Assembly: GCA_965644315.1 (NCBI GenBank)
Contig: CBFFRQ010000056.1
Coordinates: 434,001 to 498,000 of the forward strand
DNA: 64,000 nucleotides
Direction: 5' to 3'
From: Caecitellus pseudoparvulus
Lineage: Eukaryota; Protista; Bigyra: Bicosoecida
Shown: in pieces, positions 30,375-41,640 of the stretch
Layout of the letters: every line of letters starts with the position of its first letter
How positions within the stretch are numbered: the first letter of the stretch is position 1
Notes under the pieces: model-generated
The model's database searches: none
Seen by the model: the letters and a program-made list of their open reading frames with translations, nothing else
Told to the model about the DNA's origin: nothing
Position numbers and translations under genes: made by a program

Positions 30375-33300
30375 ATGGCCCATCACTCCGTGGCCAGCAC
30401 CAACACCAGCTCCCTGCTGTCAAGTGACGATGACGCTGCGCTAGATGACATGCAGCGACGCATAGCCGAGGCTCTTGCAGCCGTGGCTGCCCCTGCGCCG
30501 CCCTACGCGGAGCAAGCACCAGCACCAACGCAAGCCACACCAACACCAGCGCCAGCGCCAGCCGCCACGGAGGACACCTCCCCCAGGCAGGAGCAAGGTG
30601 CACCGTCCACACCACCAAAAGAGGAGCTTCAGTCGTTCCATGCTGAACCTGCCCCTGCTGCCTCGACTGCGGACGCTCCGGCAGCAGCAGCGCCTGCGCC
30701 GACCACACCAAGCCCTCCGGCATCGCAAGAGAACAAGCCAGCCACGCACCGTCACCGGAGCTGCAGCTGGGTGGATGACGATGACACAACGATTGACAGC
30801 GACTCGCTCTCACAGCCCGGACATGAGCCGGCCGAGCCCTCTGCCCCTGACGTACCTGCAGCTGCATCGCACACCCAGATCCCCGCAGCCCGCCAAGGCT
30901 CACCGGGGCATGGGTTCACCACAGCTGCGTCAGCCAGCCCTGCATCTCTGGGCGGCAGTAGCAGCGGTGTGGGTGGGGCTGGGGAGCAGGGTGCTGCGTC
31001 GGCCAGCCCTGCATCACTGGGCGGCAGCAGTGCAGGCGGGGCTGGGGAGCAGGGTGCTGCGTCGGCCAGCCCTGCATCTCTGGGCGGCAGTAGCAGCGGT
31101 GTGGGTGGGGCTGGGGAGCAGGGTGCTGCGTCAGCCAGCCCTGCATCTCTGGGCGGCAGCAGCAGCGGTGTGGGTGGGGCTGGGGAGCAGGGTGCTGCGT
31201 CAGCCAGCCCTGCATCTCTGGGTGGCAGTAGCAGCGGTGTGGGTGGGGCTGGGGAGCAGGGTGCTGCGTCAGCCAGCCCTGCATCTCTGGGTGGCAGTAG
31301 CAGCGGTGTGGGTGGGGCTGGGGAGCAGGGTGCTGCGTCAGCCAGCCCTGCATCTCTGGGTGGCAGCAGCAGCGGTGTGGGTGGGGCTGGGGAGCAGGGT
31401 GCTGCGTCAGCCAGCCCTGCATCTCTGGGTGGCAGCAGCAGCGGTGTGGGTGGGGCTGGGGAGCAGGGTGCTGCGTCAGCCAGCCCTGCATCTCTGGGCG
31501 GCAGCAGCAGCGGTGTGGGTGGGGCTGGGGAGCAGGGTGCTGCGTCGGCCAGCCCTGCATCTCTGGGCGGCAGCAGCAGCGGTGTGGGTGGGGCTGGGGA
31601 GCAGGGTGCTGCGTCGGCCAGCCCTGCATCACTGGGCGGCAGTAGCAGCGGTGTGGGTGGGGCTGGGGAGCAGGGTGCTGCGTCGGCCAGCCCTGCATCA
31701 CTGGGCGGCAGCAGTGCAGGCGGGGCTGGGGAGCAGGGTGCTGCGTCGGCCAGCCCTGCATCTCTGGGCGGCAGTAGCAGCGGTGTGGGTGGGGCTGGGG
31801 AGCAGGGTGCTGCGTCGGCCAGCCCTGCATCTCTGGGCGGCAGCAGCAGCGGTGTGGGTGGGGCTGGGGAGCAGGGTGCTGCATCGGCCAGCCCTGCATC
31901 TCTGGGCGGCAGCAGCAGCAGAAGCGTGGGCAACGCCTCCATGATTGAACCTAGTTCCCAAGTTGCTCCTGCCACACGAGAACAGGAGCCCAGTGCATTC
32001 CCCTTCGCTGAACCTGTAGCATCGCAGCCTGTCACACCAGCAGCCGGCGGCAGCACTGCGCAGTCCGCTTTCCCGCGTGCGGAACTGCCGCTTGAGCCCG
32101 GCGCAGGTGCGCAAGGCACGCCAGAAGCCGTGAAGAATGCCTCTACGCCCAGTCAGTCTCGTTTTCCGTCTGCATCGGGTGCCTTCGCCACGCCATCTGC
32201 TCGCCAGGGCGGCCGCCGAAGGAGGGTGCAGCGACGCGCACTGCCCGCCGCTCTGCAGCGCGCAGCTGCAAGCCAGCAAGCCACGCCATCTCGCCGAAGT
32301 GCCCCGAGAGGTTTCGGCAGCTCAACAAAACGATCGGAGCGGGGTGCAGGTGTGTCGCCGACGGCACTTCGGGCTCCCATTGGCGTTCCTGTGACCCCTG
32401 ACGGAGTGGTGGCAAACGCAGCAGCCAGGGACCGCGAACGGCAGGCGCGCTTGGACACGCTGAAGGCCCAGCTGGAAGCCGAGGAAGCCGCAGACTTGAC
32501 GTTCCGGCCGAAGATTTCGCCTTTCGCGCAGCGCTGGGCAAAATCCCGCGACGAAACGGACGTCGTGCAGCGTCTCTCGAAGCAGCCCAAGCGGGTGGTG
32601 AAGGGGTGTGGCGGCATTCCCGCAGCACAGGCCCCACTGCGCGGCAAGGCTGCCGAGGAAGCTGCAGAGCGCGAAGCGGAAGAAGCCCGCAACCGCATTG
32701 CAGCACATGCTCGGCAGTACATGAAGAAGCATGCTGATTTGGCTGCGGAGCGCACTGCATTTGTCCGTGCTCATGGCGGTGTTGGCCCTGCGCTGTTTGC
32801 AGAGGCGCAGGTGCGGCAGCAACGCCAGCGCCAGCGCGAAGCCGACGCTGATGCCAACGCAAAGGCTGCCTCGCTGCGCAGCACGCCGGGCGCCGCCACC
32901 CTGCGTGTTGTGCCCTGCTCAGTGCAAGGCAAGTCTGTGAAAACTGAGCCCTTGCCTCCCAGCACGGCAGGCTCAGTGGCCAGTTCGCTGTCGGCAGGCT
33001 CGGGGCCGTCCAGCCCCACCACCATCTCTGCGCGGTACTTGCACCTTTCCTGCCCTCGCCAGCGCAGCGCCAAGGCCCTCACCCGCGCGCAAATCGAAGC
33101 AGCTGCGCGGCAGAGCAAGCTCTCCCCCTCCTCCAAAGCCGCCCGTGCCAAGAGCGTTGCCCGCCGGCAAGCGGAAGCCGTGCAGGCGGTGAAGCAGCGG
33201 CACCAAGCTGCCGCCTCCATGCGCGCCAAAGTGCCAGACATAGGTGCCGCGCCGCCCCCACTGCCCTTCACCGCCACTGGCCCACACTCCCTCACAGCCC

Positions 33301-34031
33301 AGTCCCAACCTCACAAGCAGGCCGTTTCCGCCGCCGACGCTGCCGCACACGCCGCCTCCATGCAAGCCAAGTGGCAAGCCAGCCAGCAGCGGCTGGAAGG
33401 CACCCGCCAAGCGGCAGCAGCCGCCTCCCCAGAAGGCTGTACCTTCGCCCCCCACATCAACGCCTTGCCAGCGTACCTGCGCGAGGCACCACGCAGCTCC
33501 AGGCGGCAGTCTGGGGGGGGGACCCTTGACCAGGGCTCTGCAGGGGCGGATGAGGGGGCGCCGCGCCAACTCCTGGCGCCCCACCCCGCGGGCTGGCAGG
33601 CCGCCGTACAGCGGTCCAGCAAGGGCCTGCAGGAGCGGGCTCGCTCCCGTGCTCGGGAAGCCATTGCCAGTGGCATGTTGCTGCGCGGGTCGCCCGCTGC
33701 GGCCCTGCCCAGCTCCCAGCACGACGCCTTTCCCCAGCACAAGGCTGTCGCAGTGCGACCAGTGCGACACTTGGCAGACGATGCCGACGACCTGGCGCAG
33801 CTGTACATGACCCAGGTGTACGGCGGGGGGGGTGCACGCGCACCCGTGCCAGGCCCAGCAGCCGCGACAGCGTCAGAAGCAGAGGAGGGTGAGGCAGCGG
33901 ACCCCCCCTCACCGTCGGAGGGGACCCCCCCCGGCGGCGAACTGGAAGGCAAAGCTGCAGGCTCTGCTGCGGGACCAGGCTCGTGGCAGGCCCTCCTGCA
34001 ACTTGCTATGCAGGATGGCAGTGGCTCCTGA
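30375..34031 (+). CDS. Large low-complexity protein with a 23-aa tandem repeat and two TFxPxI motifs
   Basis: Single long ORF from MAHHSVAS. Motifs DLTFRPKIS and GCTFAPHIN lie among coiled-coil segments, a pattern I associate with protist cytoskeletal or ciliary proteins. Confidence 0.75.
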   Translation: MAHHSVASTNTSSLLSSDDDAALDDMQRRIAEALAAVAAPAPPYAEQAPAPTQATPTPAPAPAATEDTSPRQEQGAPSTPPKEELQSFHAEPAPAASTADAPAAAAPAPTTPSPPASQENKPATHRHRSCSWVDDDDTTIDSDSLSQPGHEPAEPSAPDVPAAASHTQIPAARQGSPGHGFTTAASASPASLGGSSSGVGGAGEQGAASASPASLGGSSAGGAGEQGAASASPASLGGSSSGVGGAGEQGAASASPASLGGSSSGVGGAGEQGAASASPASLGGSSSGVGGAGEQGAASASPASLGGSSSGVGGAGEQGAASASPASLGGSSSGVGGAGEQGAASASPASLGGSSSGVGGAGEQGAASASPASLGGSSSGVGGAGEQGAASASPASLGGSSSGVGGAGEQGAASASPASLGGSSSGVGGAGEQGAASASPASLGGSSAGGAGEQGAASASPASLGGSSSGVGGAGEQGAASASPASLGGSSSGVGGAGEQGAASASPASLGGSSSRSVGNASMIEPSSQVAPATREQEPSAFPFAEPVASQPVTPAAGGSTAQSAFPRAELPLEPGAGAQGTPEAVKNASTPSQSRFPSASGAFATPSARQGGRRRRVQRRALPAALQRAAASQQATPSRRSAPRGFGSSTKRSERGAGVSPTALRAPIGVPVTPDGVVANAAARDRERQARLDTLKAQLEAEEAADLTFRPKISPFAQRWAKSRDETDVVQRLSKQPKRVVKGCGGIPAAQAPLRGKAAEEAAEREAEEARNRIAAHARQYMKKHADLAAERTAFVRAHGGVGPALFAEAQVRQQRQRQREADADANAKAASLRSTPGAATLRVVPCSVQGKSVKTEPLPPSTAGSVASSLSAGSGPSSPTTISARYLHLSCPRQRSAKALTRAQIEAAARQSKLSPSSKAARAKSVARRQAEAVQAVKQRHQAAASMRAKVPDIGAAPPPLPFTATGPHSLTAQSQPHKQAVSAADAAAHAASMQAKWQASQQRLEGTRQAAAAASPEGCTFAPHINALPAYLREAPRSSRRQSGGGTLDQGSAGADEGAPRQLLAPHPAGWQAAVQRSSKGLQERARSRAREAIASGMLLRGSPAAALPSSQHDAFPQHKAVAVRPVRHLADDADDLAQLYMTQVYGGGGARAPVPGPAAATASEAEEGEAADPPSPSEGTPPGGELEGKAAGSAAGPGSWQALLQLAMQDGSGS
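30924..31919 (+). repeat. Coding minisatellite: 69-bp unit (AASASPASLGGSSSGVGGAGEQG), 14 full copies plus one partial
   Basis: Twelve 69-bp units and two 63-bp variants (units 2 and 12). Differences between full-length units are synonymous. Confidence 0.95.
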
Positions 34032-34293
34032 CGGTGCGGGGTGTTGTAATGTACAGGATCATGTTTCGGCAAGCGCGTGCGGCAGAGGCGAGCCAACCCC
34101 CCCATAGGGACTGCTCTCCCCCGAGCAGAGATCCCGAACCGACACAGTTCCCCAGGGCAAACGAACAAATCCACGTAGATACGAGCTCTGCGGGTTCCGC
34201 CTTGCCCCCTGAGCCCAGAGCTCCCGTGCCCGCGAGACACGTAGCTTGTCAAGCTGCCTGGCTCAAGTTCCGCTCTGAGGCACTTCGTCGCCC

Positions 34294-37200
34294 ATGAGCG
34301 AAGACGACCCCGCCCAGACGCCCTCGCAAGGCCCGACACGGAGCCATGAGTGTTGTGCTTTGACATCACCCCGTGATGCCGGCCTCCTAGACGAGTACTC
34401 CTGGTATTGGTGTAGCTGTCGCAAGGGGGCTCCAGCGTCCCCCTGCGACGAGGCCTGCACCCGGCTGAACCCCCAACGCAAGCTGCTGGTCAAGCACCTG
34501 GGTCTGTTGGGGAACAACCCTGAGTTCATTCTCTGGCATTCCTTGTGAGTCGTGGGGGCCCCCTGCTTGGGAGCCGGCCACAGCGTCAGCTCTTCACCCA
34601 CTTCCCTGCTGCTGCGAAGGGCGTGCATCTTCGCCCATGCTGCCTTCGACGCACACTTCCTTCCCCCTCCCGCCACCACCTGCGCAGCATGGACGTGGTG
34701 GAGCTGAAGCTGGAAGGTATTGGGCTGGCTCTGATAGGAACCCTGGCTGTGATGATGCAGGCGAACTGGCTCATGGAGAAGTGGAAGCTTGCAGTGGGTG
34801 CGTTCTTGGCGCCCGCCCAGCTCACCACCCCCACGGCCTCGCAAGCTCCTCCCTGGGCTCTGCCATGCGCAGACACTGGAATTCGCTCTGTCTCTGTAAA
34901 TGGCACCTCTGAGCAGTTCATCACCTACCAGCACGAGGAGTGGCCTCAGGTGCGTTCCGTCGATTCGCCAGCAGCAGGCACGAGAGAGAACGGCACGCGC
35001 AGTCAGCCCACCCCACCCCTTCCCCCCCACACACACAGCAACCTACGTGGTGGTACGGTTTTTTGTTTCACTGGGCACTGGGCAGCGTCTTGAGCACGTA
35101 CACGTTCATGGTGCTGCCTTGGCACTTCTTCGTGAACTGCAGGACGCACAACCGCCCTCGCTGGTGCTGCACCATGCTGTCCACCCTCGGGCCTCAGTTC
35201 CTGGCGTACATGGCAGTGTACACGTACTCCTCGACCTACGGAGTTTCACTGGGCCTGAACATGGTCATCGTCGCCTTCTTCTTCTTCATGAATGTGCGTG
35301 CTGCGTGCCTGCCCCGCCACACGCCTCGCTGCATGTCCACTTCCCACGTCCACCTCAGGTGCCCATCGCCGGCATGGCAGCGTACTCAGTCTCAGACACG
35401 CTCTCGCAGCACATCAGCTGCGGCTTCCACCTCTCAGCAGTCATCTCGCTGCTGTCCAGCGTGCTGGGGACTGCCATGTTGCTGTACCTTGCGCCACTCT
35501 TCTACGCCAGTGACACGGGCGGGCGCCTCTTCTTGCGGCTCGTGGTGTTCACGATCTTCCTGGAGCTGCCCGCAGCCGTCATTCGCGGCTGCTCCCGTTT
35601 TTGCATCTCCACGACGTACCCCACCGATCGCACGCTGTCGCTGCTGAGCATCGTCATGATGACGTCGGCTGTCTTTGGTCGCTTCCTGTCCACCAACATG
35701 CGCACGACGGGGGAAACGGTGCTGGTGTCTGTGCTGCTCATGTTCCTGGAGATGGGCCTGCGCTTCTCCCTCGTGCAGAGAGACAATTTCTTCGCCTGCT
35801 GCTGCTCGGGCTGCTGCGGGCCGCTCGTGCGGGACTGCCAGTGCGGCTTCCAGCAGCGCGAGCAGGAGCGCGACCGAGCCAACACGCGCATGTGGACGAG
35901 CTTCATGCTGCTGGACACGCTGCTGGAAGATGTCGCCATCCTCCTGGCTCTGCCGCTGTCCCTCCTCATCAGGCAACCCCCCGCACCTGGCGAGGCGCCG
36001 CTGGACGCGGGCACCATCGTCTTCCGCGTCTTCATCCAGTGGTTCCTGGAGCTCATCGTGGACCTCGTCCCCGCCATCGCCTACTTTGTCATGGCGCGCT
36101 GCCTGAACTTCCGCACGGTGTACATCGGCAAGGACACTGCAGATGACTTCGCGCTGTCCACGCGGCAGCTGCTGCCCCTGGTCGGCACCCGCTCCCCATC
36201 CACTGACTCATCCACCACCAACCGCGTGGGCGCAGATGTCGCCTCTAGCTCCAGCAGCCCCCACCCCAGTCGGAGTGTTTCCCCTGCCTGGCGGGCCACA
36301 GCCGTGGCCACGGCGGTGGATGCGCCGGGGGACCCCGTGACCCAGGCTCCTGGCTCGGCGGCTGTCGGAGCAGACAGCGCCCTGGGAGCTGCCGAGCGAG
36401 GGCAGGCGCCTGCACCGCCGTCCCATGGCCCGCCAGAGAGCGCTGCCCCGGACCAGGAGGAGGTGCCCTCTGCCTACCCGGAAGCCACTCTGGCTGTGGG
36501 GCAGCCACGCCGGCGTTCCACGGGCAGCAGGGGCAGTGAAGGCCTCATGCTGGCGGCAGGCGGCGCGACGAGCGGCACGGGGGGGGGTGAGGGCGACGAG
36601 GAGGACGACGGGTTCGACCCGCTGGATGACATGTGCTTTGCTGAAGGGCCGGACACCTACCAAGGGCAGGGCGGCGGCGTCCCCTCCGCTGCGGGAGCCA
36701 GGCACGCCGAGTCGGCGTACGTGCAGGCGGCGTATGCGGGGGAAACCACAGTGGGGGTGCCCAACATCTCCGTCGGCATGGAGACTTCAGAGGGGGGTGG
36801 GGTGTCTGCCAGGCACGACACGGGCGGGGGGGGAGCCAGTGGCCAAGCCCCCTCTTCGCTGTTGACGGCTGGCACCGAGGCAGCCAGTCGCCCGAGAGGC
36901 CAGGCTGCACCGTTTTTCGACGACACTGGCTTCGACTTCAAGGGCTCCGCTGAGCGCCTGCGCCAGGGAGACAGCGACATGGACGAGACGAACACCTCGA
37001 ACATGCGCCCGAGGCGCCTGCAGGCCGGCTCGGACACGCACTCGGGCCCCCGAGCACACACGGGCGCGGGGCGACCCCATGTGGACACATCGCCGCCGAA
37101 TCGGACCGGCACAAGCTATGCGTCGCCGCCTGGCTCCTCGGCCTCTGGTGTCGCCCCCGGCGTGCATGGCGTGCAGTGGGAGTCTTGTCTGTTCCGGGTA

Positions 37201-38385
37201 CTGTGCTGCTTCGCCAGGCAGACCTGCGTGCCTGGCAAGGACGGGCAAGACTGCTGCTGCTACGCCTGCGAGCGTTTCTGCTGCTGCTGCTGCCACGGCA
37301 AGTCGGCCCTCTGCTGCATCCAGCACCTCACCGCCAAGCAGCTGCGTGCGCGCAACGCGACAGCAGAGCGTCTGCGCAGTGAGTTGCTGCCCGAGGCGCT
37401 GGCGGAGCGCCACCCCGTGTGGATGCTGTACCGCATTCCCACCATGCGCTACCTGCACCGCAAGGTGGCGCCTTCGGAGCGTTTCTCGGTGTTCATGCGG
37501 TACGGCGGCGCAGCTTTGCAGGCGGCCTACATCAAGGCTGCCGAAATGGGAGATTTGGAGACGAGGGTGCCCCGCAGAGCCTCTGGGTTCGTGGACGCGG
37601 CGCCTGTGAGTGACAACACCGAGTTGGACGAAGCCGCCAGCTCGGCGTGGGTGCACGAAGCAGTGCGCATTCTCATGGTGGAGGCGCTGACGGGGCGGCA
37701 GGTGCAGAAAGGCAGGTGGGTTGTGCCTGTGCGTGAGCAGGACGCAGACCAAGACCGGCTGTGGGCGGAAGTGCCGTATGGTGCCACTCCGCCTGAGGTG
37801 CAGGCGGCACTGGACGAGCAACGGCAGGCGAGCGAGGGTGGGGGGGGGCTCAGCAGTGGCCGCAGCGAAGACCCTGTGCGGTCTGAGACTGTGATGGCTC
37901 TGGAGGAGGAAGCGACGCGAAGTCGCTCGCGCGGTGGCGGCTCGGCGATTCGCATGCAGGCCTTGGCTGACGTACAGTCTCAGTCTTCTGGGCGGCGGGT
38001 GCCGTTGCCACAGGACTACTCATGCGGACTGTGTGGCCTGAGCACGAGCCCGCTGCGCCCACCAGCGTACAGGTACGTGGCAGGCAAGGTGACCATGCGT
38101 GGGGCGCCTGCCTACCCCTCCTACATCAACCTGGAGGACTTCAGCCACCGACTGTTGCTGTATTCGGAGCTGATGGCGGTGCGGCACATCCATGCCTGGC
38201 ACAGCAGGTTCCCGGGGTACTTCCCGCTGTTCGGGGTGCTGGTGTTCTCCTTCATGCTGTACGCCCTCCGCACGTACTACTCCGTGTTCTGCCCCACCGG
38301 CGACCCGGACCGCCCCACTGAGTGGGTGTGGGACTTCTGCAGTGCCACGGCAGACGACTTGCAGGGGTGGAATTTGGGGGGGTGA
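34294..38385 (+). CDS. Uncharacterised ~11-TM membrane protein, paralogue A (5 exons)
   Basis: Spliced GNNPEFILWHSF|MDVVELKL..., then LELPAAVIR, FGRFLSTNM, DTLLEDVAILL, IQWFLELIVD, a very long low-complexity insert, and ELMAVRHIHAWHSRF-TM-CPTGDPDRPTEWVWDFC. These motifs are shared with the two other paralogues. Confidence 0.8.
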
Positions 38386-38570
38386 CGCGATGCCGCGCGG
38401 CAGCGGCCTGCGGCATGTGCCATAATACAGACTACGTGACCACCCCGCACGCCCCAGTGCTGTGAAGCACCGCCTCTCCCAACCTGTGCCGTCGTGGAGT
38501 CAGCCCAGCACGCACAGCTGTAGTGCCGGCAAGGCGCCTGCAAGGCCAGGCGCTGGTTTCGTGACGCAGC

Positions 38571-40208
38571 ATGGCTGCAGAGACGCTGGCAACCCTGTAC
38601 ACCACCCCTCCAGATATCATCTATCGAAGTGACCGAGATGCTGAGGGCAGGTGCGTGTGTCCGGCCTCTGTCGCGCTGGAAATCGTGTCACAGCCGTGCT
38701 TTCCCGCATGAAACGCTGATGGCACGCCCGCCGTTTACGTGGCGTGCCCGACAGCTGGCCTGCGCATGGGACTTTGCACAGTTTTCCGCTTCCACTTTGC
38801 AGGTTGGATTCCAGCACGCCCATCCAGTTTGTGCTGACCAACATCAACCCTGAGCTGCGCAAGAGCATCACGGCGCACGCCAAGAAGCTGCGGGCAGAGG
38901 GGCAAGACGACGACCAGAGCATTTCTGACGCGTGCAAGCAGCACGTGTGGGTGGAAATCGTCTACTTTGACGGCGAAACGCCTCAGCGCTTCGTCCAGTC
39001 TGCCGTGCCGTCCACCTCCCCCTGGCCGCTGCCTGACGTGGACATGGCCCTGGACGCCGTCGGCATCCGGGCGTACCTCCGCCGCACCTCCCTCATGATC
39101 TCCTCCGCCCACGCCAAGCGGCCCTTCCGCGTTGCATTCGTCGTCGTGTACGGCGACCGCTGCACCACTGTGAGTGCGGGCTACACGGCGCAGGCTGCAG
39201 CACGGCCCCTCAACACCCCCCCCTCCACCCCCCTCACAGCTGCTCTCCAAGCCCTTCCGTGTGCTGGAGAAGCGCGCGAAGAAGGCCTCCTCCGAGAGCA
39301 AGGGGCAGACGCTGGAGCCGCCTGTGGAGGTGCCGGGCGAGCGCGTGGCCATGCTGCGCCGCATCCGCATGGCATACGCGCTCCTGCGCAGCGTGGCACT
39401 GGAGAGCCACAACGCCAGCATGACCGCCACTGCCGTCACGCCGACGTCTGCACAGGACGCCAAGCGCGGCAAGAAGCGCCGTCTGGGCGGCGGGGACCTC
39501 AGTGACGACCCCGCCGTGGCCGGCGCCCAACGCAGGCTGCTCGCCGCTGGCGCCACGCTGCACGAGAACCTGGCATTGAACATGACCACGGGGGACATGC
39601 CGGAGGCAGATCCGAGCATGTTCGGCGGCATGATGGGCGGCATGTTCGGTGACAATGGCTCTGCCATGGCGGCAGCAGCGGCGGCGGCGGCGGCAGCAGC
39701 AGCGGCCGCCTCAGGCAGTGCCACCGGCGCCAAACGCCAGCGGCTGGAGGGGGCAGGGGGTGATGCCGCCGCCGCTGTGGGGGCGGCGTCCGCCCCCATG
39801 TACTGCATGACGGCGCTGCCGGGCATGATGGGCGCCTTCCCGCAGTACGCTGCGGGCATGGCGGGCATGCCCATGTACGTGCAGCCCGCATCCGACGGAC
39901 ACAGTGCCGGCCCCTCAGACGCGCCAGTGAGCGTGGGCATGGCAGGGCAAGGGCAGGGGGGGGGGGGGCACGAGGTTGGGGAGGGTGGGCAGCCCCCTGC
40001 CTTCGCCCAGCCACAAGTCTCCCTCATGCCCCATGCGGGGGCCATGTTCCTGCAGAGCATGCAAGGACGGCAGGACTCGCTACAGATGGGCCCATACACC
40101 TGGTCCGGCCCGGGAGGGGAGGGCGGTGGCGGGCTGCCCCTGGCTGGCGTGGAGAGCGCCGTCTCGCAGGCGCCATCTCGGGCGGCGGAGCCAGCGCCCC
40201 AGGAGTGA
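38571..40208 (+). CDS. Putative transcription factor with a beta-sandwich (p53/STAT/CudA-like) N-terminal domain, 3 exons
   Basis: Exons 38571-38650, 38803-39169 and 39240-40208 give MAAETLATLYTTPPDIIYRSDRDAEGRLD...VWVEIVYFDG...ISSAHAKRPFRVAFVVVYGDRCTTLLSKPFRVLEKRAKK. NLS-like KRGKKRR and a Met/Gly/poly-Ala tail follow. The gene is well supported; the fold is an inference. Confidence 0.6.
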
Positions 40209-40222
40209 GCAATGCAAGCGCA

Positions 40223-41344
40223 TCATGTCGCCCCCCCCTCCCGCAGCTCCGCCGCCGCCACCTCCTCCGCCACCGCCGCATCCAGCCCTGCCGCCATGAG
40301 GGCTGCCCGCCGCGCGAGAAAGGCTGCCGCGGCGGCCTTGGCATCCAGGGGCTTGGGCGAGGGGGTCTGCGTGGCGGTGTCTGCCGTGACCGGGTCCTGT
40401 GCCACGCTCCCGTCCCCCTGCACAGAGGCGGTGGCGACGCCCTCGCCCTGCACCTGCTCCTGCCGCCGGGGACGCACGTGGCCCAGCTTGGCGTGGGTGT
40501 ACTCCTGGGCCTTGGCCTGGGACTTGGCGGCGGCATCTGGGCCGACGGGGACCCGGGACACCACCCCCTCCCCTGAAAACGTCCACCTGTGGGACTCCAT
40601 GGCCTGTGCCTGGCGCTTGGCGTGTGTCGCGGCCATGGAGTCCAGGTCCAAGCCACGTGTGGTGAAGCGGTCAATGAGGCTGCGGCGCTCCGCTGGGCTG
40701 CCGTGGAAGTACTTGTTGTACACGTCTGCGTCCTCGGGCAGGCGGCCCTGGGGGTCGTACACGGGGAGGAAGTGGTTGTGCACGGGGGAGCGCGTGTACG
40801 CCCAGCTGCGCGCCGCGGCGTCCTGCACGGCGCCCCACGCCTGCCTCAGCAGGGGCATGCTGTGCCCCACCTGCACCACGTGGAACATGTTCAGCAGCGC
40901 CAGGAGCATGATGCACCACAGCAGCACAGTGCAGGTGTTGCGGACACACGTGTCGAAGCTGCCCTCCTCATCAGGGTCGTCGATGTGGGTCTTGCTCATG
41001 AGCCGCAGCCGTCGAATGCGGGCCCACTCCTCAATGCTCACGCCAGGTGGCGGGTCCAGCGGCAACTCGTCGTCCTCGGTGAATGACACCCAGTCGTCGT
41101 CCTCCTTTTGGTCATCTCCACCCTCACCCGCGTCGCTGTCGCCCTCATCATCATCACTGTCGGCACCGGCAGCGCTGGCGCCTGCGCCCGCTTGCGGTAA
41201 TTGCCGAGCGTCAAACAGCACCTCGTCGCTGGCGTCCAGCACTCCCACAGGACTGCCGTCGCTGCTCAAGTCGGAATCGTGCTGCACTCGCTTTATGCCA
41301 GGCATGTCCAGCAACTCCTCCAAGTCGCCATCTGAATCGTCCAT
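40223..41344 (-). CDS. Hypothetical single-pass membrane protein with acidic N-terminus
   Basis: 373-aa ORF with coding-like codon use and one hydrophobic helix (TVLLWCIMLLALLNMFHVV). Confidence 0.75.
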   Translation of the reverse strand: MDDSDGDLEELLDMPGIKRVQHDSDLSSDGSPVGVLDASDEVLFDARQLPQAGAGASAAGADSDDDEGDSDAGEGGDDQKEDDDWVSFTEDDELPLDPPPGVSIEEWARIRRLRLMSKTHIDDPDEEGSFDTCVRNTCTVLLWCIMLLALLNMFHVVQVGHSMPLLRQAWGAVQDAAARSWAYTRSPVHNHFLPVYDPQGRLPEDADVYNKYFHGSPAERRSLIDRFTTRGLDLDSMAATHAKRQAQAMESHRWTFSGEGVVSRVPVGPDAAAKSQAKAQEYTHAKLGHVRPRRQEQVQGEGVATASVQGDGSVAQDPVTADTATQTPSPKPLDAKAAAAAFLARRAALMAAGLDAAVAEEVAAAELREGGAT

Positions 41345-41640
41345 GTCTGGACGACGGGACGAACTTCCTGCCGACCAGCTGTCGAGCTGGCCTCGCAGCG
41401 CCCGCAGACTTCAGCACCTGTTCCCACGTGCTGCGCTGACACAGCTGGTGAGACAGGGCGCAGGGTCTAGGCATTGCTGTCCTGCTTGTGGTGGGTATTG
41501 CACCTGCTGGAAAATGAAACAGCTCAGGTCAGTGTGCGAAAACAGCAGCAGAGAGATTACTGGTGGCCATTTCAACCAACTCGACCGGAGTCTGGCCTCA
41601 CGGTCTATGGAAAACTTAGCGTTTCTCGGGCCTGCATTGC

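Noticed and set aside
30924-31919. CRISPR-like array
   Set aside because: The units are contiguous with no unique spacers and are in frame within a CDS, in a eukaryotic context.
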